A stretch of 64,000 bases of DNA, taken from the NCBI GenBank assembly GCA_028534125.1, contig CM052817.1, positions 68,760,001 through 68,824,000 on the forward strand, given 5' to 3'. The stretch comes from Lama glama (lineage: Eukaryota). Within the stretch, counting starts at the first letter, position 1. Each line of letters begins with the position of its first letter. A program made the translations under genes and the position numbers. The notes beneath the pieces were generated by a model. The model ran no database searches and had not been told where the DNA came from. It was given only the letters and a program-made list of their open reading frames with translations. Shown one piece after another: positions 1 to 13,529 of the stretch.

Positions 1-182
1 GGTTGATTCCAGTGGCAACCATCCCTCGTCTTTAGGTGGGGTCCACAATTCACCTCATTAACATAACAAAGATTACTCTTATCTCTCTCATTACTTAGGA
101 AATTCCAAGAGTTTTGTGAGCTCTGCACCAGAAACAGGACAAAGACCAAATGTATATTTCTTATTATAAATCACAATATAGC
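1..182 (-). mobile_element. MER21-group ERVL LTR, 5' part, truncated by the window edge
   Basis: ggaaattccaagagttttgtgagctctgcaccagaaacaggacaaagaccaaatgtatatttcttattataaatcacaatat is the reverse complement of the remembered MER21-type LTR start. Confidence 0.7.
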
Positions 183-239
183 AATTATACTTACTTTTTA
201 GAAAGTCTTCTTGCATTCCCTCCCTGTGGCCCCCACACT

Positions 240-350
240 AACTAAACTTGAAGTTTTAAGGACAATGACCATGTATTTTTCATATTTGTATTTTCCTTGG
301 GGCCTGCCTAATTTGTCCTGGTGGATAGTAAGTGCTAATAAAGTTACACA
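240..350 (+). mobile_element. L2 3'-end fragment
   Basis: actaaacttgaag..ggacaatgaccatgt..tttgtatt..atagtaagtgctaataaa resembles the L2 3' terminus. Confidence 0.45.
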
Positions 351-687
351 CATGTGGAAAATGAGATTGATTTTTTTTTTCTCTTTATCTAGTCTTCTTT
401 CCCCTCATCTCCCACATCTGGTTCACGTGCTATTTCACCTTTTAATATCTCTCAAATCTGTCCATGCCTCTTCTTACAGCCTAAAAGCCTTCTGTTCTCT
501 TCTCTGCCTGATAAAACCACTTATCCTTCGAGTAATCTCTACTGATAATAGTTTTCTTGCACCTTTTTGCCCTTATTCCAAGCCATGTTAAATTCCTCTC
601 CTGTGTGCTTCTGTCAAACTCTGGGCATAGACTCCTCAAAGCACTTACTACTTTGTGCTACTACTGTTGGTTTTCCTGTCCAACTCT

Positions 688-778
688 GTCTCAGATCCTG
701 AGCTTCTTGAAGGCGGGAGAAATTAGCACTTGGCAAGATACTAGGCATTCCATAGTCTTTGAATGAATGAATAAAATG
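688..778 (+). mobile_element. L2 3'-end fragment
   Basis: tgagcttcttgaaggcggga..tagcac..taggcattc..ttgaatgaatgaataaa (L2 tail repeat). Confidence 0.55.
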
Positions 779-1934
779 ATTAAGAGGTGAAAGAGTGAAA
801 AACTCAGATATTTTATTACCCAAAGTGTATCCAAGACTAAATTCTGTTACGTACTACATCATGGCCTTGACAGTTCATTAGATAATGTTTTAACTTAAAT
901 AACAAAATGTTTCCCTAGAAAATGTACTGCCATAAGTTTGATTACTTCACATTTGAATTTCATTATCACTCTTGTCTTCACTGGGAAAGATCATTCCTTC
1001 TTTTCTCCAGAGAGCATACAATGAGTAACTTTATGCCGTTCTGATAAACTTACACAGTTTACAGGAATAAACTTCTAGTTAGAAATTCAAGAAGCCAAAC
1101 CAAAAATTTCGTAACCCACAGGGATAAAATTTCTCAGAGAGAATATGGTAAATTCCTGTATACTCATTAATTTTCTCGCTCCAAAGAAAACCATTTGCTC
1201 TAAGTGGTGATCATTTTCTGTAAAATCACTTGCATGGAAATGGAATGGAAAATACACATAAGAAAATCTGAGAAACACTCTCTCCTTTCTATATTTTAAT
1301 CACTGTCCCCATGAAAATTTTGCTTCACAAATGATTTTGAGTCTCTGATAGAAATCATTTAGTTGAGTGAAGTGAATATTTAAAGGCTGAAGAAATATAA
1401 AAACTATTTTCTGTGTGTGTTCTCACTTTCAGTTTTCTCTTTTGTAAAGCGAAATGAAACCAAATAAATATATATATATATATAGTTTGTTTATTTGTTT
1501 GTGTTTGTTGGAGTCTTTGCTGTGGTTCATAGGATGTTCTTATTTTTCTTTTTCCTGACTGGGCTCAGATTTGAAACAAACTGTACTTCCAAAGTTCAAG
1601 CAACACACACACACACACAATCACTTACATGTGCTTACATGTTTTTAGTTCCCCATTTTCTGTAAAGGAAGTAAAAATAATGAGTTTGCTAATTTGTATT
1701 TTGCATACTATAAAAATTTAGCTTTTAACCTCAAATATAATCTAATGTGAAGTTATTTTAAATGATTCTTTAGATCCCCTTTTACTGCACCCTCATATGA
1801 AAACTAACATAATACAGGCTTTATTGTGGTTTGAGTTTTATTCCTGCTTAAATTGAGAGGCTAATTAATCATATAGAAAGACTTTTGAAAAAATTGTTGC
1901 TGTTCAAAATCCTTGAGGAAAAATCTTTTTTCTT

Positions 1935-2440
1935 TAATTTTTATTATGGTTGAATACACATAAAATATACTATCTTAACCATTTTTATGTGTACTGTTCA
2001 GTGACATTAAGTATATTTTTATTGTTGTATAACCGTCACCACCATCCATCACCAGAATTCTTTCCATCTTGCAAAACTGAAATTCTACACACATTAAACA
2101 GTAACACCCCATTCCTCTTTCCCCAGCCCTGTAACAACCATTCTGCTTTCTGTCTCTATAATTTTGACTACTCTAGGTACCTCATATAAGTGGAATCATA
2201 CAGTATTTGACTTTTCATGACTGGCTTATTTCACTTAGCCTAATGTCCTCAAGGTTCATCCATGTAATGTCAGAAGTTCCTTCTTTTTAAAGAATGAATA
2301 TTATTTAATTGTATACTTGTATACCACACTTTGCTTATCTATTCATCTGTCAATGGACACTTGAGTTGCTATTGTTAATAATACTGCTGTGAACATGGGT
2401 GTACAAAATATGTCTTTGAGACCCACTTTACTTTCTTTTT
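1935..2440 (-). mobile_element. L1MB-type LINE-1, 3' end
   Basis: atcttaaccattttta..ttcagtgacattaagtata..ccatcttgcaaaactgaaa..acctcatataagtggaatcatacagtattt..tggcttatttcacttagc: typical antisense L1MB 3'UTR and ORF2 end. Confidence 0.85.
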
Positions 2441-2459
2441 TGTATTTGGTTCATTTAGG

Positions 2460-4400
2460 GGGCTGAAATGTTTTAATTCTCTTTTCATTTCCTTTTGTTT
2501 ATACTGTATAACTATTTTCTTTGTGATTACCTTGGGGATTACCTCCTAAGGTTACAACACTCTAATTTGAATTTATACCAGCTTAACTTAAACAATATAC
2601 AGAATCTGTACTCATCTGCAGCTCTATCCTCACCACTTTCAGTTACTGATGTCACAGAATTGTATTCTTGTACTTTGTGTGTCCAAAAATATAAACTAAT
2701 GATTTTAATGCATTATTCTCTTAAATTATGTAGAAAATAATATGTAGAGTTACAAACCAAAGTTATAATAATACTAGATGTTAGACTAATTGTATTTTAA
2801 ATGTGTCAGTCTCTTAAATCACATAGAAAACAAAAAGTGGCATTACAAACCATTATTACAATAATACAAGTTTTTGTAATTACCCACATATTTACCTTTC
2901 CTGAGATTTTTAACTGTTCATAATGTTTCTAGCGTCTTTCTGTTTTGACATGCAGAACTCTCTTTAGGATTTCTTGCAGGACAGGGCTAATTGTAACTAA
3001 TTCCCTCAGCTTTTGTTGATAGGGGAAGATCTTATTTTCTACCTCACTTTTGAAGAATAGTTTTGGTGGAAAAAGAACTCTTGGTTGACAGTTTTCTCTT
3101 TTAGCACTTTGAATATATCAAGTTAATGCCTTCTGGCCTCCAAAGTTTCTGATGAGAAATCTGTTAATTATCTTATTAAGGATCTCTTGCATGTGATGAG
3201 TCACTTCTCTCTTGTTGTTTTTAAGATTCACTTTCTGTCTTTGTCTTTGGCAGTTTAATTATGTCTTGGTATGGGTCTGTCTGAGTTCATTCTATTTGGA
3301 ATTTGTTGAGATATTTGCATGTTTATATTCATGTCTTTCACCAAATTTGTTAAGGTCTTTTTTTTTTCAAATTTGATAAGTTTTGAGCCTTTATTTTCTC
3401 AAATAATCTTTCTGCCCCTTTCTGTCTCTTCTTTCTGATTCTTCTATGATGCATATGTTGATTGGTGGTGCCCCACAGATACCTTAGGCTCTTCCCTTTT
3501 CTTCAGTTTTTTTTCTCTTATTTCTTTGGACTTGATCATTTCAATCGTCCAGTCTCCAAGTTTGCTGATTCTTTCCTCTGCCTTCGCAAATCTGCCTTTG
3601 AATCCCTAGCGAATTTTTATTTCAATTGTTGTACTTCTTCATTCTAGAATTTCTTTTTAGGTCTTCTAGCTCTTCATTGATTTTTCCATTTTGTTCATAG
3701 TGTTTCCTTGACTTTTTCTATGTCTTTCTTTAGTTCTTTGAGCATTTTTCAAACAGTCATTTCAAAGTCTTTGGTAGGTCTGCTATCAAGTTGTTGTCAA
3801 AAACCAGATGGACATTTCCCTGGGCATGCATGGTGACTTTCTAATTTCTCTTGTATGTTCAGTTGCTTTTGAATGCCCTAATCTTTTATACGTGGCTCCC
3901 AAAGGGGGAAAAAGGAAAAATGAAGGGGAAGGTGGAAGTGGCGCCAGCCCTTTAAATTCTTTGAAAGTCACTTTAGCCAATGTGACAAAAGTCTGCAACA
4001 AATGAATGGTGGTGGTGCATTGATGGCTGCCTGCCTCTATGTCTGCACCTCTGTGATCAGAAGCAGCAATCAATGACCACAGTGTAGATCCCAATATTTG
4101 GAAGACAGGGTTCTTATTGCCCACACTGGCTCTTACAAGCTGCATGTGTATAAACGGCTCTAAGAACACATGCACAGCTGCCTTCAATAAATTAGAGGTA
4201 AGGGATGGGTAGCCACCACTGAGTTAAGAGCTGACAGTGACAGAAATTAATCACAATTTATTGTCTAAGCCTTCACTTGGAAGTTGAAAGGCTTCAACAG
4301 ACTCCAGAATTCCAAGAGTTATATCAGGCAGATTCTGCCAGTGCAGTTGTCTAGATGGGAATTCAGATTCCTGATGCATTCTACTCCATCATCTTTTCAG
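2460..4400 (-). mobile_element. Old L1 (L1MD/L1M4-type): 5'UTR, ORF1 and inter-ORF region
   Basis: Antisense ORF1 motifs (ttgaagaatagtttt..ttcttggttgacag..ccttctggcctccaaagtttctgatgagaaatctg), then 5'UTR-type sequence (gtgatcagaagcagcaatca..gaacacatgcacagctgcc). Confidence 0.75.
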
Positions 4401-4830
4401 ATTGCTCCTGGAAAAGTCTTTTACATTAAAAAATGTATATAATATACCCTTAGCCAATTGGTTCAAATAATATTTCTCATAAAAATCAGTACATTATGCA
4501 TTTCCATAGACAATTTCTTTTCATGCTTTGCACACATAGAGATATATCTTTCAAAGACTTTTCAGGGATTAAATATTGTAAGTTATTTTTCCCAAATATG
4601 ATGATAAAGGCAGAACTGTTTAAGTAACATTGTTATCAATATTTAATTAAATAAAAGTTAAAAACTAACTGAAGTAAAATTGAAAATAAATGTGAAGATG
4701 TGTACTATGAACTAATGCGTAGGTGTGTGTTATAAAGAGGGGTGATTATGAAGAAAACTCTCCCTTCAATTTATTTAAGTGATTAAATAATAAACAGTGA
4801 TCGGTAGGTCTTGTAGCCAAATCAGGCACA

Positions 4831-4855
4831 TTTTGTTTTGTTTTGTTTTGTTTTG
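4831..4855. repeat. (TTTTG)n microsatellite
   Basis: Five units read directly. Confidence 0.9.
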
Positions 4856-5580
4856 GAACATACTTTATTTCACAGAATGTAATTATTTTTGTCTATGAAA
4901 TCTTATTTGCCCTTTCCCATATAGACTGGAATGATAAACTCAAACATTTCCTTTGAACTAGAAGACACAGCTTGTTTCTTATGATGTAACAGAATTAAAT
5001 AAAACATGAGGCATTTCTAAAATAAAAAAGTACAATAATAACTTAAACCCTAGTCTAGTAATATTTCAAGCAAGGGCAGAAGTCATGGTTGTACCCACAT
5101 TTATTAATGATAAGGCATTGCTTAATACTAATTTATTTATTCATTCATCCTTAGATTTAACAAAGTGGTTTTTATGCTTATTATCTGATAGGTATTGTGC
5201 AAGGAATTGTGTGTGAGTGTGACTGCCAGATAAAATTGAGTATAGGTGAGCCTTTCTTTCCCATACTAAACTTTCGAAAAACCTACACTTTTCTGACTTA
5301 TTCATTGATATTCCCGAAACATCATTCTAAAATTAATTTGGATTTGGACATATACATTGATAAACTAATCCTACAAAACATGCAACTCAGTATTCAACAT
5401 TCTCATCTTTAACATCTGATATTTACAGGTGTGAATTATATATAAAAAAGTAGGGGACTGCCATTAAAACAGTCCTACAACCATTGTCATTGTTTATTAT
5501 CTGTATACAAGATTGGATTTACATTCTAAGGATTGAAATGAGAAGAAATGTATAAAGAGGGTAGTGTAGGTTGAGTCATG

Positions 5581-5820
5581 ATAATAGTAGCAACTAACAC
5601 TTCTATAGTGCATACTCTTTGGCGGACACCTTTTAAGCACTTATCCATATGAAATTATTAAATTCTTAAAGCAATCCTATGAGATAGGTGCTATTACTAC
5701 TCACATTTTACATGTGAGAAAATTAAAGTGCAGAAAGGTAAAGTAACTTGTCCGAGGTTATGTAGGGTAGGATATTGTGAGTTTTGGGATTCAAAATAAA
5801 GCAGTCTGACTCTAGACTTT
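5581..5820 (-). mobile_element. MIR SINE, near full length
   Basis: aatcctatgagataggtgctatta..cattttacatgtgagaaaatt..aaagtaacttgtccgaggt..gggattcaaa..gcagtctgactctaga = antisense MIR core plus tRNA-derived head. Confidence 0.85.
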
Positions 5821-5911
5821 CAACTCACTTTTGGCTAGAATGACCAGACAGAACTTCGTAAAATCAGACTCTAAACAAGAAACTAAAACGAAGTTTTCAC
5901 TTAAAAACTAT

Positions 5912-6078
5912 TTAAATTTTTAAATTTTGAAATAATTTTAAGACTTACAGAAAAGTTACAAAAATAGTACAGAGAATTCCCATATACCATTCACTCAGTT
6001 TTCCTGATGTTAACATTTTATATAAATGACCATAGCACATTTATGAAAATGAGGAAATGAACATTGATACAATACTGA

Positions 6079-6110
<32 letters not shown>

Positions 6111-6545
6111 TGTATACACACACATATATATATATGGAGAGAGAGAGCTGATTTGAATTTTATCAGTTGTCCCAATAACATCATTTTTTCTGGTCCAGAA
6201 TCCAGTCCAGGCTCCCACACTGCATTTAATTATAATATTTACTTAGTCGCCTCCAAATTGTGGAAGTTCCTTAATCTGTCTTTGTCTTTTGTGACCTTGA
6301 TACTTTAAAAGAATAGTAGAGGTTAGTTATTTTGTAGAATGTTTTTCAGTTTAGGTTTGCCTGATATTTTCTAGAATTATATTGAGATTGTTTGTTTTTC
6401 ACAATACCACGAAAGTGGTATATCCTTCTCAGTGCATCTTATCAGTAGGTATCTGATGTTGATATATCTTCTAATTGGTTGATACTAATCTTGATTACTT
6501 GCTAAAGACAATGTCTGCCTGTTTTCTCAAATGTGAACTATTTTT
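5912..6545 (-). mobile_element. L1MC-type 3' end with embedded (TG)n/(TA)n/(GA)n at ~6078-6148
   Basis: ttttgaaataattttaagacttacagaaaagttacaaaaatagtacagagaattcc is the typical antisense L1MC 3' terminus. Confidence 0.75.
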
Positions 6546-6599
6546 TTTTCCTCTAGAAAGATATTTCTAACAGAGACATACTTACAAGTTACCTAGTAT

Positions 6600-7665
6600 G
6601 TAACTACTTGTTTTTCTCTTGCTGCTTTTAGGAGTCTCTCTTTGTCTTTAATTTTTGCAATTTTTAATTGTAATATGTCTTGGTGTAGACCTCTTTGAGT
6701 TCATTTTATTTTGGATTTTCTGTGCTTCCTGGTTCTTGATGTCTGTTTCCTCCCCAGGTTAGAAAAATTTTTAGCTTTTATTTCTTCAAATAAGTTCTCT
6801 GCCCCTTTCTCTCTCTTCTTCTTCTCCTGAGACTTCTATAATGCAAGTATTAGTATGCTTAATGCTGTATCTGAAGTCTCTTAAACTATCCTTATTTCTT
6901 TTAATTCTTTTTTTTTCTGTTCAATTTGGGTAATTTCCACCACTTTTTCTTCCAGATCATTGATTCATTCCTCTGTCTCATCTAATCTGCTGTTGATTTC
7001 TTCCTGTGTAATTTTTATTTCAATTATTGTATTCTTCTTTATATTTTCTGACTTGGGGTAGAAATTCTCACTGTTTATCCATTCCTCTCCCAAGTTCAGT
7101 GAGCATCTGTATGATCATTACCTTGAACCCTTATCAGGTAGATTGTCTATCTCCTCTCTGTTTAATTCATTTTCTAAGGTTTTGTCTTGTTCCTTTGTTT
7201 CTCATATATTCCTTTGTCTCCTTACTTTTTCTAATTCTCTGTGTTTATTTCCATGTATTAGGTAGGTCAGGTATGTTTCCCAATCTTGGAGAACTGCCTT
7301 ATGTAGGAGACATAATATAGGGTTCAGCAGCATGCTCCCCTGTTGTCACCACAGCTATGTGCTCTAGGGGACCCTCTATGTAGGCTGCATACCCCCTTTT
7401 ACTGTGGCTGGGTCAGTTACTGTAGGCATGTTGTATGTGTGACTGGCTTCTGGCTTGGTTGCCACCACAAGGTCCTGTCTTGGGTGGTGGCTGTGGGCCC
7501 ACTGGAGGGTGGGGTAGGTTTCCTGTCCGGCCCAGGTGGGCATGGGGCTATTGCCTGCTGTTGGTGCACAGAACTAGATTCCCGTGAGGCATAGCCTGCG
7601 GTATGCGACACTGCTGCCAGCCTGCTGGTGGGCCAGGTCTCTACATAGCTGGCTGCCTGCAACAA
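6600..7665 (-). mobile_element. L1 ORF1 plus 5'UTR fragment (L1MA/L1MB age)
   Basis: ttttctcttgctgcttttagga..atatgtcttggtgtagacctctttg..tatttcttcaaataag antisense ORF1, then a GC-richer 5'UTR-like stretch at 7320-7665. Confidence 0.75.
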
Positions 7666-8309
7666 TCATTAATGTGGTACTTACTTAATGATATTTTCCT
7701 AAGGAATAGCTATTTCTTTTGCCCTTTTATGTATTTCTTTATTCATATTAGTATGCATGATAAACTAATACAATTATTTACCTACTTGCTCAAATTTTTC
7801 CAGCTTTGACTCTTGATAGTTCCCGTGTATTTTTACAAGTTATTTTTTGAGCTCTTCAGACTTTTGATAGAAGAAAATCAAAGCAGTATTTTAGTAAGAT
7901 CAGCCTGGATGTAACAGCTAAGAAAATTCCTTTTATATTTTTAACCTTTCCATAGCAAGTATAATTCATCACATATTTTTCTCACAAAAAGCAATACCAA
8001 TAAGATTGTTATTTTTCAATTATAATTAAATATTTTTTATACCTCAAAGCTGACTTGGACCTAACCTAACTAACTCCAAGGTTTACTTATGCTGCAAACT
8101 AGTACTGGGTTGGATGGTTCTCCCTAATGGGGAAAATAAGACATAAAAATTTTTCTGATTTATAGATGCTTTGTGTGCTGCTTTCTTGCCTTAATCTAGC
8201 TATTCCATTGGAGTTCAACATATATTAGCAAAATTCACTTTATGTAAAGCATAGGCCATGAACAGGGAGCACCTTTAGCCACATCAAGCCCTAAGTAGGA
8301 AATTAAAAA

Positions 8310-8950
8310 TTTAGTTAGCAAACATTTACTGAGTGCTCCAAGTACTAGGCATTGTGCCAGGCACTATGCATTAATAAAGAATATATTTGAAAGAAGTTGG
8401 GAAATTAGGAAACAACATTTGCTTTAAAAAAAGGAATCAGAAACAAAGGACCTATGGGAAAACAGAAAATAACAACTGTATATTTCCTTTGTTAAGGGGC
8501 TCATAAACATAGAGAAAAAAGGTAATGATATAATAGATATATTATTGAAAAGTATATGGTATTCTACACATATTTGAAATGACACAATGTAATAGAAGTA
8601 TTGACGAAGAGCTGTGAGAATCACAGAGCAACTAATTCTACCTGTGAAGAAGATAAGTAATGTTAGAGAAAGCTTTGGGGTTCAGTGGGCATTTTAAACA
8701 CAGGAATTCACTTGGTGAGAAGGAAATAAGGACTTTCCAGGTTGAAGCAAAGCTTGATCAAGGTCACATGTATAAAGGAGAATAGAATTAGGGAACCTCT
8801 GGGAGACTGAAACTCAAAATGCATTTGTTAGCGGAGGAGTGAAAACAACGGGAGTGGTAGGTAGGAGCCAGGATATGATGTATCTTATTGACCATGGTAA
8901 GGAGCTTGGCTTTTTCTTGGTCATTGACATGTTTTGAACAGTTACATTAA
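8310..8950 (-). mobile_element. Degenerate L2
   Basis: gcaaacatttactgagtgc..taggcattgtgccaggcact (3' end) and gtaggtaggagccaggat..ccatggtaaggagcttggcttt. Confidence 0.55.
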
Positions 8951-10062
8951 GACATTTTTGTGCTGAAAGGATAAGCAGAGCAAAATGAAAGAATGAGCGA
9001 TTCTATGTTATTATCCCAAGCAGGCTATTGAATCAAACATGTAGATCTCATTTCTGGCTCTGTTTATCTTGACCTTCTCATATTATTCTGTAGTATTCCT
9101 TTTCAGGGGAAAGATCTTAGGAATGGTGGGAATTGAATAAGATTGAATATAATAAAAAAGACAGCATTCTCCACATTCAGTGTTAGAACCACATTGCCCG
9201 TAAATGACAATATTTTTGTCATGTAAAGGTAATGCATCTGATTTTTGGTATAGGAGTAAATATTTTGATTTATATATGTCTCTGGAAAACTATGTGCAGC
9301 ATGCATCTAAATTATTGAGGAATTGACTGATTTTGGAATCTCCTCTTCAATTAAATATAATCTTAATTTCCTAATCAATATCTTTTAGAAAATGACATGG
9401 CTTATATTCTTTATAAGTACTAAATACAGAACAAGTTAACCCTTTGTAAACTAAAGTATATATAAGTACTGTTGGCTTAAATTTTTTTTAAGAAATTCTT
9501 TTGTTAGAAAAATACTTTTTCATGTTAGAACTAAAATATCCAAGTGTGACTATAAAGTATTTTTGAAAAAAAGAATCCTCATTTTGCCAAAAGAGCATTT
9601 AATGAGTGGCTTTACTTTTTTATGTATGGTTTGCCAAAAAGATACTGAAGTTAGTAGAAATACTTAAAATCATCAAATAATTTGAAATAGGCCATCTTAT
9701 CAATGATTGAAGCATCAGAATAATAATGTTTATATTGTCTTGGATCTCCTATTGTAGTAGAATTTTGGATAACTTTTCAAACAAGAGTTATAGATCTCTT
9801 ATTTACAGAAAATGAATAAATCAATGAACTGAACATATAAATAAAAAATCAATGTGCACTACTAATTGTATTTTATAAAATTTCAATTAGGCCAAACTCT
9901 ATGTTTGGAAAATAAAGCGTGACATGTCCGGAAGAACTTCTAATTAAAGTTTGTATCCAAAGTTCTATCTTTGAGAATAATGCATGAAATTCTGAATGTA
10001 ATAGTTTTTGACTTAAGCCAATAAGTTAAATAACATTAATTATTCCTGCCATTTGGGATGGT

Positions 10063-10205
10063 ATTTATAAATATTTATATATTTATAATATATATATTAT
10101 ATATAGTATTATATAATATATTATATATAATGTATATTATTTATATATTTATATAATATATAATGTATAACATTATATAAATATATAATATATACACACA
10201 CACAC

Positions 10206-10240
<35 letters not shown>
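10063..10240. repeat. AT-rich low-complexity tract followed by (CA)n/(TA)n
   Basis: Read directly. Confidence 0.9.
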
Positions 10241-11149
10241 AAATTTGGGATTATCAGGATTGAAACCTAAAACTTTGAAAATATTTATAGGCTGCTGCTT
10301 TGATGCTTTTTGGAATTTTGAAAGGCAGATTGGTATTAAATCACCAATTTTCCCCTTGGGTTCTAAATTCCTTTATTTGACCAATGTCTCTAAAGGAAAA
10401 TTTTTAATTAGCAGTAGTGAAAAATTGTATAATTGTACTGTAATAAGTCAGTAAATCTATGCTTTGGTGGAGTGAATGAAAATGCATAACAATTTATGCA
10501 AAGTATAGCATATTTTGGGAAACCATGGATAGATTAATAGAAGGATGAGTTAATCCTTTGGAGTTTAGAGCCGTAGATGCTCACTGAGTGTAGGAAAGAC
10601 AATAAATATGTTGAATTTTTTTATTTATAGGTTCTTAAAGCACTTTAGGGTAAACTTAGTTGTATTATTCATTTGGTCGGCAATCACTTTGACAATATTC
10701 TTTAAAAGATTGAAGATCTTCTTCTCACTTGATCCAAAAGCTGCTTCTATGTAATTTTCATTGATAAGGAAACTTAATGAGTTTGGAAGAGTTTGAAATA
10801 AACACTATTTTCCTCCTGGTATAATCCAGGTAAAAATAACATCTGAGAACTATATTTACCTTCTTCCAAAATGAGAAATGATGACTCACAATAAGCTGTT
10901 GTATCACCTAGCTCTAGTGCCTGCCCAGGTTAACCTAGTGACACAGAAGAAATGTTTTTCTGATACCTGGGATTGCGCGGGGAGAATAATTCACATGCAA
11001 GTGCCTGTCATGAGATGGGAAGAGGAGATACAGGAGAAGATCATAGGGCATTTTGCTTCCCTTCATGTTCCTGACCCTTGCCTGTCATCTTGTGTTCTGT
11101 TAATGTGCATTCTGTACGCTGATCAACCTAATCCAGTCTCATTTTTACT

Positions 11150-11330
11150 CTCCATTAAAAAAGTCTTTCATATTGCTATCTTATATTCCCCCTGCTGTAA
11201 TTTAAGGGCATTTTAAACCAATTTCCTCTTGTTTGGTTCTCAACAAAGAAGAATAGCTAATTAACAATTTCTCTGCAACAAGTCATTAAATTTCCATTTT
11301 TCCATGGTAAATAATAGAGCATGACTTGTT
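11150..11330 (-). mobile_element. Possible CR1/L3 fragment
   Basis: ctgctgtaatttaag..ccaatttcctcttgtt..gaagaatagct..gtcattaaat..tccatggtaaataat resembles L3. Confidence 0.4.
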
Positions 11331-12195
11331 TTCATTCATATCTTGAGCAACAGGAATTTCCTGCCTATTTCATGATGATGTTGAGAGGATTCACCAATTA
11401 AATGTGCACAAGATTCTTTAAGCTTCATAGAAGAAAGTTATTACACAGAAACATAAAATTTCCACTGGGAATAGAAATTAAGAAGAGAATGTCTCTTTTT
11501 TACTATGCTTACACTGTTAATTTTCGATGTCAAAGTATGGTCTTTGTTTGTTTGTTTGTTTTTTGGAATAGGGCTCTCTAGAAAATGGAAATGGTGCATT
11601 AAGTAAGAATGAAATAAAGCCTGTAGTTCTCTTTGCCCTCAATGGGTAACATTCTTACTGATTTCAATGATATTTTAAATGATACACAGGTTTTTTTTTT
11701 TTCCTATCTCAGGCACAATACAGTCTTATTTCTTGAATTTTATAAGCAATATTATCTCAGATACACAAAATCAGAAACATGTGCTTTAGGGCTAATAATA
11801 TTGCTGTTCTGTAAGGTCAGATCCAAATACTGCATAAACCTTGGCTAATTTAAAATGAAATGGAAGCAGCTGTTGTAAGGAATGTGGTATATAAGCTCTC
11901 ATTTAAGGTTATATTGTATTTCTCTTATAAATTTTAATTGTGTGTTTTGAGAGAAAGAATTTTTTAAAGAAATAACACCTGATTTTGCAAATGTTCTCTA
12001 ACCATACTAAAATAGACAGTGCATGAAATCATAAAACTCAACTGTGGTCTTTTCTCTCTTTACAAAAAGAAGCATGGATTGTTTTTTCTGCAATAGAGTT
12101 TATTTTCTTCACAGTAGGTTGCAAAAAGAATTAAATACTGAGAATTATATTTCAAACCTTATGACTTCAAGATTGCTTTGACAACCTGGAAAGGA

Positions 12196-12197
<2 letters not shown>

Positions 12198-12250
<53 letters not shown>
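12198..12250. repeat. (TA)n microsatellite, ~23 pure units
   Basis: Read directly. Confidence 0.95.
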
Positions 12251-13529
12251 TTTAACACTTTCCCACCAAATGCAGCTCTGAGCTTAATCACAAACAATAA
12301 ATGTATGGACTTAGTGACACATTATCTAGACAATTGATCAACCAGATCTTAAAAGTGGATTGGTACTGGCATTTTCTTTACTTCAAGTTAAGATTTATGT
12401 TGGATATTTCTCTTTTCCATTTTTTTTGTCTTTATTTTTATTTTTCTAATTACTCTTGATGTACTGCTAATGTTTGACTCTGGTGTACTGTGAACCTAGA
12501 TATCCATCTCAGAATTTTTACAAAAGTATGTATTTCTTTTATTACTAGAAAAAGTAAACACTAATATAACCACCATATCTGTATAGAAGATCTATTTTTT
12601 TATGTCTATCATTTAATTATTATGAGGGACCTCAAGAATTGAACTAGATATATAAACATGGTTGATGTTAATGTTTTGAAGAATGTTTCTGGGATATGAG
12701 TGGTGATATACCTCACAATACTATTACTATATTCTACATATGTTGCATTATTGAGTATCTGTTGATATACTTGTGTTAGTAACTGTTTCCTTCTAGGATA
12801 ATATTTTGAAGATTGTAAGCTCTTAGTTAAATAAATGAATCAACAACAGATGGAGAATGTGCACTTTATCATTCTGTTTAGCATATTATGTGTAGATGGT
12901 GGTCTGCAGTTTGCCCTAGATTGCTCAAGTGCTCACGAGCTAATATATTTCTTGATCAATCTAGAAGTAAATAGCAAAGACAGTGAGTTAGAATATATTA
13001 CAGTGATTATGTAGAAGACATAGTTATGCTCTGAGTCAAATTAAAACATGTGGACAGATAGGTTTACTCAAATAATGTTCTAAAAGGGCCAGGATGGATC
13101 ATTGTATTCAGTAATTGAAGCTATTAATTTCCATAATCCTATTCCATTTTGTTGTTTAAGACACCCATACTCCTAGGGTAAAGTGCTGGACGTAGGCAGG
13201 GGAGCAGTAGTAGGTACAGTCTCTCCTCATTTACCTTTTCCTGATATCTTGGGAGCAAGCTTACCATTCACTCTGCCCTTGATTTTTTGAGTGCTTATAA
13301 TCAGTTCATCTTGGATGCTCTTTTGGTTTTTATACTTATAGTCAGCTTTATCCTAAAGAATGGCATCAAACTGATTCATTGAATATAGATTAAGCTTATT
13401 TGGTAGAAGTTTGGGCTTCTAGGGTGTTTGAATTGATTTTCTGAATTAAGATGGTAACTTTAGTTTCATATCTTGATAAGAAAAATGTATTTCAAGTATT
13501 TTATTTTAAGTCCTTAAAGTATAAGCATG

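Noticed and set aside
211..591. 126-aa hydrophobic ORF, and similar Leu/Phe-rich ORFs throughout
   Set aside because: TTG start, overlaps an L2 remnant and pyrimidine-rich DNA, and resembles no protein I recognise
1935..2440. Similarity to 44048-44540 suggesting a segmental duplication
   Set aside because: Both are independent L1MB 3' ends and their flanks are unrelated; the same holds for 31471-32341 vs 46779-47737
10882..10888. AP-1 motif TGACTCA, also seen near 14192, 51014, 54486 and 61892
   Set aside because: The count is about what chance gives in 64 kb, with no clustering
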